DNA of 64,000 nt from Nymphaea colorata (taxonomy: Eukaryota): positions 39,308,001 to 39,372,000 of the forward strand of contig NC_045138.2 in NCBI RefSeq assembly GCF_008831285.2, given 5' to 3'. Below are positions 51,413 through 64,000 of this stretch, in pieces; within the stretch, counting starts at the first letter, position 1; each line of letters begins with the position of its first letter. A program made the position numbers and the translations under genes. The notes below the pieces were generated by a model. That model had not been told where the DNA came from. It was given only the letters and a program-made list of their open reading frames with translations, and made no database searches.

Positions 51413-52944
51413 TTATCCTCTAATTACGTGCACTTCCCCGTGTCTCATTATCCAAAACCTCTCAATCTCCTCCGCTTTCCGTCCCGGAATCCGGCCTGCG
51501 ATCAGCCCCCACCTGCAGCACAGCAGACATAATTAGAAGCTCTGGTTGCATCAGAGTTCTGAACCCTCAAGTTGCAGGTGGACCAACTACATTTTAAATG
51601 GTCAGGCATGTGTCCTCGGTGTGAAACTCAGTAGTTCAATGCAGACAATGACAATTAAAGAATGACAGCCAGCCTCAACCTGCAATCTACACCAGTCCCA
51701 AAAACGGGACGAGATTTTCAAGTCCCATATATATATATATATATATATTCAGCTTCTTCCACAGCCAAAACTCAAAAGGAAATTAGAAAGAAGAGAGAGA
51801 GAGCGAGTTCTTCGGGTCAGGCTAGAATTAAGTCAAGAGATAGGTTAGTACTAAGTAGGTTTGATTTTTCTCTAAAAAAAAATAGTAAATGCACTTGAAT
51901 ACCGGCAAGAAATCTCTGCAGTGTCCCAAGGAGGGGGGAATGGAGGCCGTCCTATGAAACATTAAAGGTAAAGCAGCCATTTCTATGACCATATACTTAC
52001 AGTAAAAACAGAAAGACGGCAATGAAAAAGATTTAAGGTTTTTGAGGAGAAAACCATCAAGAAACTCAGTCATTTTGTAATGGCAATATTTCATTCTGAG
52101 GCGGAGGTTCATGACAGCCTTTAGCTGCTGAACGGGGAGAAGCGTTTGAATCGGTTCTCTCCATTTTCTCACATCTGAAAGAGATAGGGAAAATGTTTCC
52201 TCAGAGGTAGGACCGAGCAAACCTTCCAGGAGAAAATGGTTTCCCCTTTCCTATGAAAAATTTGCGGGATCCACCTTCCACGCGAGCAAACGGCCCCGCT
52301 TTCCGTATTTATCTCACGGTATCGGAGATACCAAACAGGGGAATAAGAAAAAAAGAGAGGAAACGCCGTTGTCCTGAAGCCGCTCATCAAATCGATGAAC
52401 GGCAACGAAGGGATGGCTTTTTCTTCGTCAACAGCAGGGTCGTTCCGCAAGAAAAAAAGAGAAATCGTGGGGTCATAAAATGCTGTAACGATCGTCGCCG
52501 TTCATCACACAGATGAACGGCATTCTAGTGACGGGACCTACAAACGAAGAAAAAACAAAAAGGGGAAGCGGAAAAGGAGGTGGAAAGAAAAGGGAAAAGA
52601 CGGGCCGGTGACCGGCGAATCACCTGTTGCCGACGAGCCTGTACATACGGTAAATGAGATCTTCTTCTTGCTCCGTCATCTTGATGCACTCCCACTCGAT
52701 GCTGCTCACTTCTGCAAATGCAAAAAACCAAACCAACACCATTCTTTAACCTCAGAACAGGAAAAGCGGCCGCGACCGGAGGACAAACTCCGGCTAACGG
52801 CCCGTCGTCGGGAAAAAAAAAAAAAAAGGAAGAAAAACCAAGGAGGACGAGAGAAGCAAAACAAAAGGGGAATAATAATATACCCTCGGAATCACAGCTG
52901 GAAGTCTTTGCCTGCTTCCGACGACGCTTATTCTCCATGGCCAT
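51413..52944 (-). CDS. Single-repeat R3-MYB repressor (CAPRICE/TRIPTYCHON/ETC type), 82 aa, 3 exons
   Basis: Exons 52944-52884, 52711-52624 and 51512-51413 (249 nt): MAMENKRRRKQAKTSSCDSEEVSSIEWECIKMTEQEEDLIYRMYRLVGNRWGLIAGRIPGRKAEEIERFWIMRHGEVHVIRG*. It has the bHLH-binding [DE]Lx2[RK]x3Lx6Lx3R motif and the WxM movement motif. Confidence 0.95.
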
Positions 52945-55900
52945 TTTCTTTTCTTTCCTTTTGAATGGAAGAAAGAGTTGGGGGTGGAGAAGGCAAGAGA
53001 GAGAGAGAGTTGTGGACAGCGGGAGGACCAAAGAAGGAAAGAGTTGTGGAGGAATAAATGAGAGGAGGGGAGAAGGGGGTTTAATAGTTTACATCCACTC
53101 CAGTTCACGGAGAAAAGGATGCAAAGTGCGGAGACGACCAGGACGCGAGCAAAAAAACTGTTGTGAGAGTGAGAGGGAGAGGGGAAAGAGATGGGAGCGA
53201 GTTCCCAAGTAGGAACGACAGGTGATATCGGCCCAACAAACGGGCAGCAGCTCGAAGAGTTGACGAGTAGTTGTCTCAACGACCGCTGGCTCTGCTCCTT
53301 TTGGTTTTTAGTTTTTTACCACCCACGATTTTTGTTCTCTTTATTTCCATCCCTCTGCTCTCTGCTGCCGCGTGAAACCAGAGGAGGGCGTACAAAACAA
53401 GAAAAGAAAAAAAGGGCACCTGATTTCTTCGCTACGCCCCGAGCCCAGGCTCGAGGTTGACTAGCTTTCCGGAGATGTCGTCTTCCCCTTGGCTGTTAAC
53501 CAGACCCCGAGGCGCGCGCCCGACTTGTCGAAGGGGCGCGTTGATATGTTGTTGTGGCCGGAGCTGTGGAAGCGACGACGTTCGTTTGTTGCTTTCTTGT
53601 CCGACTTCGGGCTCGCCGATCAATGAGGCGTCGATATGGTGCCGGCCAAGTGCATGATTCGGATAGGGAACGGGCCCACCGGGTTCGGGCCGGGCCGGGT
53701 CGGGTCAAAGAGACCGACGGCGTTCTCTCGACGAAAGGGTCCCGCCGGCTATTTTTTCTCGGGGTTGTTGACGGAAATTGGACTGCACAAATACAATCAC
53801 GGGGGGCCGCGGGACTTACCAAACCGACGGTCCAGACCGGAGGCTGAACGTCGGCGTCGATCGCACGTTCCCAGCGACCCGGTCCACTCACTCCACCCGA
53901 TTTTTAATCACTATATATTGCAACATAAACATACATTTCTTCAAGGTTTTACACTTATAAAATTCACATCTGGGCATCCAAATTGCATCATCATAGAGAC
54001 CATATTTAAGAAAAACAACATACAAAGAATAAAAATTTACCGGTTTGTGATACTCAACCACTCACCTGACTTAAAAGAACAAAAAGGAAAAATCCCGTTT
54101 GATTCTAATTGGGCCATTCAATTCGATTCCCCACCAAAGAGTCGATCGAGGTTTGATATGTGAGTCAAAGGTATTACGCATGCCATCTGTACTTGTTCGG
54201 ATCCAGAAGGCCCTGCATCACCAGCAGTGCTGGCCTATATATATATATATATATATATAGATAATATGAGCCATGGGGCCATGTGTTCTCTGTCAAAATT
54301 TTCCTTCACAAATCTTCACTAGCCTATCTTGTCAACCAAAAATTTACATATCCCTTCTTGGTGAATGAAAGGAATCCAACTTGACTCTTCTTCCCTCCAT
54401 ATACATTAGCTTTCTTTTAAATCCCATTGTTATACAGAATATCTGCTTGAGTTTTTACTTTACAATTCTTGTTTTTAATTCGTAGAATAAACCGTTGATT
54501 TTTTTCATTTTTTAGTGTATATGCTTCTTGAGCACGTATTCTCGCCACATGCGTTTTGTGGGCACTGCCATATCATTTATATGAAAGATTGTCCGAGTTG
54601 TTGAATCTAGAAATCGTATTTATAGTCACGTCATGTGGTGTTTGTTGGAATAAAGAACAGTATTTTAGATCGTATGTCTTAAGACTGTGTGTTTCGAAAA
54701 ACGCAAAAGGCTCGACTACTGGGGTTGCCGTTGTTCCCTCTTAAACGTAGTGATGCCCACAACATGCCACAGAACTTTTTGCATTTTTCAGAAAAAGACA
54801 CCCAATGAATGAGCGACAAAATATTTTGATATAAAATAATGTGAACATCTATCGGTGAAAAGTTGCAACTTCTTTTTTTTTTCCAATAGTAAAAGTGGTA
54901 GCTACTTTTAAATATATTGAGGCAAGTACCCCAAGTTTCTTGCTTCAGCAGCTTTGGGACTCCAGGCAAGATTCCTTGCTGAGCAACGCCTAAGATCAAA
55001 CGGTCGTATACCTTTTTTTTTTACAACACAAAGAATTAATGCTTCCAGTATTTAAAATGAAAACTAGCCATCTACTAGCCCCTTTATTACAATGCCTCAT
55101 CTACCTTCTCAGACTTTATTGTGAATAAAATTATGACAATAAGAATATTTAAAAAAAAAAATTGAAACATAAACATGAAATGTACAGGCCGTACATGTCG
55201 TATCAATTAGAAATGTTAATGAATTGGATTCAGATTAGATATAACTTTAATTATATCAGTTTTTTTTTTTGGATATTCGTATATTTAGTTTCGAATTCTG
55301 ATTCAAATATGAGTACAAAAAAAAGTCATATCCGAACATGAATCCAATTATTTTTTACTAAATTTTGTTAATTTTTACAATGTAAGAACATTAGATATAG
55401 GATATTTGTCAAAAAATAGATCCACTCATTGTTTTTTGTTGCCCAAATAAAAACCTAGTTTTTAGTAGGTCATCCAAACACATAAACCAGATTTGCAAAA
55501 CTCATTAAAAAATTGCTTTTCACAAAACTAAATTTCTAAAAAAAAACCAATTTTTCAATGTATCATCCAAACTAAGGCAACAAAAGAAAATGTTGACTGC
55601 AATGCCTTAGTGTACTTCTGGTTAAATAAGCTGACTTAGAACTCATGGCATAGCAATAAATTTTGGTTGGAGGGACCTTAGTTCAAAAATTTTCATGTCT
55701 TTAGGGACACTAATATACATAAATAATCAAGCATATGAAGCTAGTTATGCATGGTTATATTGTAACCCCATCACTGCTTGCATGTAGCACCCTCCAATCT
55801 AAAAGAAGTCTAGAATTCATTTTCCCTCATATTTTGAAAAACAAAATCTTAGGACTTAATATTATTAAGAAATTCAATTTGACTTCATAAAACTTTGAAA

Positions 55901-58499
55901 ATTATATAGGAGCCCACCCTAGAAAAAAAAAAAAAAAAATCTGTCTTTGCCCCTGTGATCAAGTACGCATTCCTGGCCACAAGGAATCTAATGATCTAAC
56001 AAGGTGCATTAAGGTGTGTTTGAATGGTAGGGGGAACGACTGCATGTCCCATCCAAACACGGTAAAACTTTCCAGTCGCACGGGGTTCGATTGCCATCTT
56101 AAGGCACACGAGGTGGAACTTGGGTTCCCCGAAAAGTCTTTTACCAAGCCTTTGGACACGTGTTCGTCGGGGGTGAAAGATTGCATCCCATCGCCTGTTA
56201 TGTCATAAAATATAACCGCAGAGACAGGTTGTCTCTCTTTGAACATGAACTGAATAATTTTTTTTAAAATTTGTACATAATTGAATAATTTTTTTTATTT
56301 AATATTTTTTCAAAAATATAAAAATACATGAGGGCACATGAGCTTGCCAGCCCTTTCATCTCTCCGACCTCACTTAGTTGTCGTGAAATATATGCTCTAA
56401 AAGAACATACTATTTTTGTTTTTTGAAATATATGTGAGCGTGTTCTTACATACAATTCGATTTCAATTCTCCTATGAATAAAATATAATATATAATATTT
56501 TAGGACCTGGAAAGTACGGAAAACCAATAAATTGTTAACCTCTAATTCACTAAAAAAATGAATATGGTGTGAGAATGTCGAACACCAACAATATATAATT
56601 ATTGCATGACATGTTTAAGTACTGGTGGTGTTTTCAAAATCAAATCATGTCAATTTTGACGACAGGTTTACTGCTATTCCAGCGTCACAAAAAGGGCTCC
56701 ACACTGATGCATCCACATTTTTTTTTTGTATTATTATTGTTGGATTCGCCGGCGATGGGGATTAAAAGACAATCGATTCCCGTCAATGATTACTTTCACA
56801 GATTATTACAGCGTCAGTAATTTTGTATTTACCTTACACTCCCAACAAAAAACTTTCTTTGCTCAAGGATACGAGAGAGTAACCGTATTTTATGTTTACA
56901 TTCAGTGCACTCGCAACCAAAAACTTTCTTTGCTTGAAGATATGAGACGGTGACCGTATTTCATAGGAAAGGAATTAGGTGGTACCAAGTTCATACGAAG
57001 AAGAAGGGGAAGAGGAATTCTTGTGGAAATCAGCTAATGACACCATTCGCTTTACTACAGACTGGATGTATCTTGTATTCTTGTTGTTGTTGTTGTTGTT
57101 GCTGCTGATGTAATTTCTGGTGTTGTCGTCGTCGTTGTTGTTGCTGCTGATGTAATTTTCGATGAGCAAGTTGATTATCACTCATTACTTAGAAAAGATC
57201 TAGCAGTGGACCCTTACTTTGTCTTGAGCTGCATCATCATCAGCGATAGCGACGATATATCACTCAACTTAGGCACCGTTCCTATCGTCATAGCGCCCAT
57301 AGGGATCAGACTAGACATGCACTTCTTCATGTTCCTCTATTTCGACCAGCTGTGCTATGCCGCCTGATACAGCTGGTGCGATTTCAAATTTGTTTAGTCC
57401 AATCTCGTAACAAAATGTGAACCCGCTTACTAACTGGATTTGGATTTTGTAAAAGTTTGGTAAACTTATTGGAAAGTTTGATTTTCAATCCGTACAAGGT
57501 GAAGAGTTTAATATCCAGACTGCAATTAGTGAGCATAATTAAACAGGGATCAGCCCCAGTATACCAGCTTAATTATTGTTCAAAAAAAAAAAAATTCGGG
57601 TACTAAGCGAGCAGTTTTCTTATTTTTAAGACCAGCCAAGAGAGCATTCCTACAACTTGAAAAATATTTTTCTTACTCCTACCAAGAAGTCGCTGAATTA
57701 ATTCATCGGGTTCCATGATAAGCAAGAGAAAGAATAGATTCTTCCTCCTTACAAGAAGCGTTTTCGTTTTTTCTCTCGGGGAAAAGAATACTTTCGCAGT
57801 TGTCAAAATGAAGTAATTCCATTGTGCAAAAGAAAAACCAGCAAGAGAATAGGGAAAGATATCATCGCCGGAAATTGAACCATTAAATCTTATTAACAGG
57901 TAATCATGGCAGAAAAAATAAGTTTACCACCGGCACAAAATGGAACCGTAAAATAGATGGACCTTATTTTTTGGCTAAAGAATGCCGGAAGACGGACGGT
58001 AAATAAATTTTGGTTCTTTTCCAAACATGCTCAATCAAACAGGTACAGTTGTTTTCCCGATTAATGTTGTTGAAGATAACCTTACCTTTTCTGCAGTTAA
58101 GACACATTGCTCCTACCATTATATTGCTATTGCGTTTGCACGAATCAGGACATAAGTGGCGCGAAAGCTTTGTTTACAACTATTATTGGTGCAGATGCAA
58201 TTACATCTAGAGACGTATTTATCTCATGGCATTTAGTAAGGTGCCGGACTTTTTCCTTTTTGAAGCTCTGCTTCCTTTTTCACTTGAAGTTTTCCTGCAT
58301 CTTCCAACTTCAACCCACAATTACATTGCGTCATTCTTCCCCTGTCGTTTTCTTATTCCTTTGCTTAGTTTTCATGTAGGCGCATCTTTGTTTGTCCTTT
58401 TCCGTTTTTTTTGGTGGACTTCGAGTGACGGTGAAGAGGAGGTTATCCCATCATCAGCAGGCTGAAAGCGCCTTGATTCAGGTCCTTTTCTGCCTAAAG

Positions 58500-59195
58500 T
58501 AGGGATGAACAATGAGTGGTTCGGCTTGGAGTACGAGCTAAGTTATTTGCTTAATCAGTTGACCTCGAGTTCATGAGTCGACTCATTCAAATAATCGAGT
58601 TGAGTTCGAGCTCAATACGTAAATGTCGAGTCGTGTTCGGGCGTTAATCGAGTTTGTCGAGCCTTAATCGAGTCGAGCTCAAACTCAACAACACGTAATG
58701 ATGAATATCAATTCTATTCAAACGAGTTTCTCGAGCTTTAATCGAGTCGAGGTCGAGCTCAAGCTCAACAAGTAACGGCGAATATCAATTCTATTCAAAT
58801 GAGTTTGTCGAGCCTTAATCGAGTCGAACTCGAGCTTGAGCTCAACACGTAACTGCCGAGCCGAGTTCGAGCGTTAATCGAGTTTGTCGAGCCTTAATCG
58901 AGTCGAGCTTAAACTCAACACGTAACAATGAATATCAATTCTATTCAAACGAGTTTCTCGAATTTAATCGAGTCGAGCTCGAGCTCAAGCTCAACAGGTA
59001 ATAGTGAAGATCAGTTCTATTCAAATGAGTTTGTCGAACCTTAATCGAGTCGAACTCCAGCTTGAGCTCAACACCTAACTGTCGAGTCGAGCTCGAGCTG
59101 CTTCCATCGAGCCATTCTCAAGCTTGAAGTTTTATTAGTCAAGCCGAGTTCAAGTTGATTGAACTGGGGCTCGACTCCGCTGGTGTTCGTATCTG
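58500..59195. mobile_element. Non-autonomous hAT-like element rich in TCGAG subrepeats, with an internal ~230-bp tandem duplication
   Basis: Starts TAGGGATGAAC and ends with degenerate GTTCGTATCTG. Dense TCGAG/GAGCTC motifs. The block gttaatcgagtttgtcgagcc... occurs at 58643 and 58873. No clear TSD. Confidence 0.7.
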
Positions 59196-59529
59196 CAAAA
59201 AAAATACTAAATATGCAACTTGCACAAGAAACTTACCTTTTTTTCGTTGATTTGACTGTGGTTAGCAGCCCATGCCCCATGGCAGTTCTTTTGTTGGCAG
59301 AATGTGCATTAACTACGAATACTTTATAGAAGGCGCCAAACTGTTGGTTATATAACAATATTACATTAAAACTTCGAAACTGTTCATTCATTCGGTTGGT
59401 TTATATGATATATGCCATGGTTGAAGTGGGTAGATGCAAATTATGTTAGCGCGAGCGAGTTTATTTTTTTACTTCATGTTAAAGTGTGCATCTACAATGT
59501 ATTCAAATCGTTAGGGAACAGCAAGCGAT

Positions 59530-59840
59530 GTGGGTAGAATGCAAATGGATCTGGATCTCGATTGGGTTTTGGAATTTCTCGGCAGGTCCGAAGTCGGCTT
59601 CGTTTGGAAAACCTAAATCAGACCCGGGGGAGCCGAACCAAAACAGTACTCAACTCATCGGAGCCGATCTGGGGGGACCCGGTTGAGATCCAGGACTCCA
59701 CAGGGATTTATGGATCTTAAAACGTGATGGGCAGTCTCGGCCCGGATTCAGATTTGGAGTCAGGCTTCTGACCAGGGTCAACCGGGTCTGCTGAGTTTGA
59801 CTGCCTTGGTTTGAGACTGGTCTGACTTCCCACCTACCCA
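59530..59840. mobile_element. MITE-like element
   Basis: Inverted ends TGGGTAG ... CTACCCA, with an interior rich in GGATC/CCGA/ACCCG motifs. Confidence 0.45.
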
Positions 59841-62014
59841 ATTAGTTAGAGATAAACCACACCAGTCTCTCTCTCCCTCCCTTTCTCTGTCTCCTCGTGG
59901 GTACGAAAAGACGGGTGGACAAAGTTGGTCCTTACGACTCATGGTTTAGTTCATTCAATGGGGTCAGCTTGGTCTACAGGCCATGTTTGTAGCAACATTG
60001 TACGATACAAAGAGCAGGCCCTCTCTAGATTCTGTGACATGTTTCACCAAAAAAATTTGGTCACTCCGCTGCCTCTTTCTGCTGCTCAATCATGAGAAAC
60101 AGAGAGGTTGCGTGTGCTGAGATGTTTGTCTGTGAGAGATTCCTTGAAGTTCTATTGATCAATCTTCCGTTCAGTTCCATTTTTGAGTTATGTGGACTTG
60201 GGTATGACCTTTTCTTGTCATTCATGTCGGTGTAACTTGAAGGGCATATGCATTAAGCAGTCTACTTACTTGAGAGGAGAAGCAGCTTGGGATCCCTCTT
60301 CTGGTGCAAAACCAGATGATTCCTAGGAGCCGTCCTCTTTTGTTCTGCCTTTTTCTTCTTTCATGTAGTTCGTGTTTATCATGTCTTGTTTGGAAAGTCT
60401 TTCGTAAGCTTAAACTATTGGTTCTTGGGCAGCACATGTATGCCACGCTATTATTCTTTTTTTTTTTATTATATATTTTTTAACTGTTGGCAGTTAAAAT
60501 CAGAGATCTTCACGAGACAGTTTTTGTTTTTTTACCCGGGTACATTATAACTTGCTCGAATTACAAGTATTGGTGCTCAATTATTGATGCAAATGCTTCC
60601 GAATAATGTGAAAACCTGAATCATACTACCATTAAGTACGGTGATCTTGACTTACACAGTGTAGCGATTGAATTCACGGAATTGCTAAACTCCAGACCGA
60701 GAACAGAAAGAATCTTTCCTGAAGTCTTGCCTCGAGTTGCCAATCCTTAATTAATGCTGGTGCAATGTATTTGTTAATCTGATATTCTTCTAAAACTGGC
60801 TGCAAAGCATGTTAATGGAAATATTGGACGAACATCCTGCAACTGTTCTAATAGTAAATTTTACTGTTTACGGTCACTTGATTAACAGAATCTCAGGAAG
60901 AAAGGATGACCCTTGCTTTTGTTAAAAAGTATATTGTCGCAGAAAGAAACCCTCCAATTTTTCCAAGAAGATCTTATCAAAATGGTGAATTATGGAAATT
61001 TTCTTACCTGTAATCTGAAAGTGTCTTGGAAATGCAAAACGGACCTGAATTTTTATGCAAGATCTCGGGGTACTGAAGTGATATTATATTCTTATTCACT
61101 ATGCCCCATGCTTCAGATGATACACGACAATTTTACATGATAGAAAAGCAAATTTGTGGAATCTAAGCAGAATCATGGAGGTACTTTGAGAAACATCACA
61201 AACGAAAGAGCAAAAGCAGAACCATGGATGTAGGTCCGTGGAATTAACCACGTAAACTTTTGTCTCTCTCTCTCATCTTTCTTTCTCTCAAAACCACCAA
61301 AACACCTGGTATATTTATAAACAAATGCGGCAAAAAGGTGCAACTAGACCTGAAACTTCAATCAAGGAAATTCAGCCTTTTATATTTTCGAAAAAAAAAA
61401 AGGTGCTGCATCACGAATCCCCACTGGAAGGGGTCAAGTTAAATAAGCACCTGGTAAGATTTGATGAGTCCTTCACCCGCCAAGTTATGAACGGCAAGGA
61501 ATCAAACAGTTAACTGGATATCCAATCAAGAGAACATCAAACCTCGCACAACTGGAGCAGGTCTAACATCGGAGGGTAACTTCAATGAAGCATTGAAGAT
61601 TCAAAGTGGACAATCATTCCTGGTCTTCAGTATCACCAAAACCCATCCTACATAATTGAATGCAGAGCCTACATGCTTAACAGAACCGAAGTGCAGATCT
61701 TACAGATTTACATGACTAGAAGTATGAAATTCACATATCATATATATAAATTGTGGAAAAATTTTAATCACTGCATAAGATATATGATACATATTTGCAA
61801 ATGCATAGATCCTTTTAAGGATAAGCATCAATTATACAAGAGTAAAGACTCGGCCCGTGACTGAATTTCTGGTATAAATTCATATGTACAGGTATCGTGA
61901 CATGACATGGCATAAAGCTTCTTCTTGGTTCATGACTGAAGCAGGTCATGATGTATGATGATCATGATGTTGGTGAAGAGTGCAAAACTCATGCAATTGC
62001 TGCCGCGACTGTGG

Positions 62015-63387
62015 TTACATGACGTATCTGCGAAGGTAATCGACTCGAGCTGGATGCTTAAGCTTCATGAGTGCCTTCACTTCATGCTTTCGAACCATCT
62101 CTCTTGAAATGCTCAGGTTTCCAGCAATCTCCCCCAGTGTCCTGTCACCTTTTCCATCAAGTCCATATCGTTGCCTAATCACCAAACTTTCCTTCGGCTT
62201 CAATGAGTCTAACTGCAGGGGAAGCCAGTGTACATATTAAACACATGCTTTATAAAAAAAAAAAAAGTCACCTTCCTGTTTGGAAGAAGGAAATTGGTGG
62301 ATGGAAATTGGGAGCTTGTTTATGATGTGTCCATTCATGGAAGAAAAACCAGCGATATAATAATTGGACCTCGTGAGTACACTAAATTTGCCTTGGAAGA
62401 AAGCCTCTTGGCACTTAGGTTGCTTAAGCATGAATATAGCAGCGAGAATAGGTTCCTATTTTTTTCGTTTTCTCTTTTCTGATTACCACTGGTTACAGTA
62501 AGACTGGTTCCCCCACGATAAAGCAAAAAACCAACGATAGAAACAGACATTAACACCATACACAACCAATAATTCCAGCTAAGTGCAAAAGATTCAGTGA
62601 AACGATCAGACAAGGAATGCCTCAGCTGGATTTGGCACGTCACCTGTTCAGTAACATGAATTAGCACAGCATCGTTCAGTTAAATTGTCTATATAACCGA
62701 CTTAGAAGCGGGACATACTGGTCCCAAAGCCTGTGACCCTGCATCTGAATGAAAATGATGTTAGGGGAAGATAGCTAATGTAGAGTTATCTGGGTGAGAA
62801 TGAAGGCGATAATCATAATTGGGAACTTCATGCTTCAGAGTGTCTGATTGCAAGATGCTGAACAATCAGTCTGGATGAAGCCCCACTTGACTGTACAGGG
62901 GCTGGATAAAGCTAAGCTGATGATAGTTTGGGTGAGTTTAGTATGAAAAATGTCAATATCTAACACATAACGGCCTAGTGTGGGGAATAAATTGCTCCAT
63001 CCGGTGATCGGCTGGAATCTCATAATCAGAAAAACTAAAGCTGGCAAATGAGATACATATATCTTTGAAGAGATGATCACATAACGCCTATTCATGGAAA
63101 AATTTCTTTCAAAAATGACTTACCACGTCATCAAGAGCAAGTCTCAGAATTGCAGGTGATCTACGCCTCTCAAAACCAACTCCTTCCATATCTGTTACTC
63201 CCTTTAGGAACTCCTCTTGTGTTGTGGAGTGCCTTGCATTCAAAGAGAGCACCTGTTTTGACGCCCGCATAACTTCATGGTATCTTTCAAATGAAATCCC
63301 AACCTTTTCTATTATCTCTTCTTCGGTTGGCATTCTTTCCAGCTCAAACAGTAGTTCTAGTTTTGCCCTTTGTATCTCTAATCTTAC
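62015..63387 (-). CDS. SIG5: Plastid RNA polymerase sigma factor SIG5 (SigE), last two exons; the 5' part is not seen in the window
   Basis: Exons 63387-63124 ([26 protein letters not shown]...LRLALDDV) and 62212-62015 ([65 protein letters not shown]) encode sigma-70 regions 3-4 with a SIG5-type C-terminus. Confidence 0.93.
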
Positions 63388-64000
63388 CTGCAGAATACCC
63401 AGATGTTAGTTTTCCATCTCACCCATCTTTGCCCCCCAAGCACGAGCGAACATAATCTGTAACTAGATTTATTTTCCAGTTACATAACTCAGGAAGTAGA
63501 AATTATGAGCGTATAGCAAAGAACTTCAAACTTCAACCACTCTAATTTATTGATCATGTTCGACCTTTTTGCATGGAAGGCTGAGTCTCATAACACAAGT
63601 ATCCATGTTAGAGAAATGTCTCCCACCTTCATATGCAACAGTAAACCATTGGGCCCATAAACCATTAGGGCTCAACTTGGACTGTCTCATCCGTAGGGAG
63701 TCCAGAAATCCTAAACCTTTTGTATTCTTATGAACCAAAATCTTGTTGGCCATGCTAATGGTTCAACAGATGAGTTTCCAAAATCAATAGAAAGACATAC
63801 ATCTAAGTATACGAAATCTTACATGACCACCAGCAGACATGAATCACAAGCATACCATCATTTGAAGTTTCAAACAACATTCCGTTGATTAAAACACCGA
63901 AATAAAGGCAAGTTCACATCAAAAGACACTACATATATCGCAAGTTCAGGTTGTAATATTGTTGAAGCAAAATGTAGATAAAGTGCTAATTGAGGGGGTT

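Noticed and set aside
52525..53279. 160-170-aa ORFs over the R3-MYB 5' end
   Set aside because: Read-through of UTR and intron, or antisense. The spliced 82-aa model explains the conserved part.
57228..57250. CTGCATCATCATCAGCGAT as a miR172 site or mimic
   Set aside because: Too many mismatches opposite the miRNA 5' region, and the sequence is a low-complexity CAT repeat.

Overview
Flowering-plant nuclear DNA with GT-AG introns, many CT/GA and TA microsatellites, and MITEs. I can support ten protein-coding loci by manual splicing: PTB1/2-type polypyrimidine-tract-binding protein (-, 5' part only; it runs off the left edge), a stand-alone subtilase-propeptide/Inhibitor_I9 small protein (+), a conserved plant multi-pass membrane protein (-), CHID1-type GH18 protein (+), thylakoid rhodanese TROL/STR4 (+), an intronless PLS-E+ PPR protein (+), two tandem SWEET3-like transporters (-), a CPC/TRY-type R3-MYB (-), and the last two exons of plastid sigma factor SIG5 (-). 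Intergenic DNA holds a decayed Ty1/copia element with a nested SINE, hAT- and Tourist-like MITEs, and several tandem arrays. I found no clearly new multi-gene system. The best leads are post-transcriptional: a candidate PTB poison exon plus an overlapping uORF; weak or non-canonical donors at the same SWEET intron, whose retention would give half-transporters; a free SBT2-like propeptide; and an RY-motif tandem array upstream of a SWEET. Exon coordinates were read by hand, and family assignments come from recalled motifs, not database searches.
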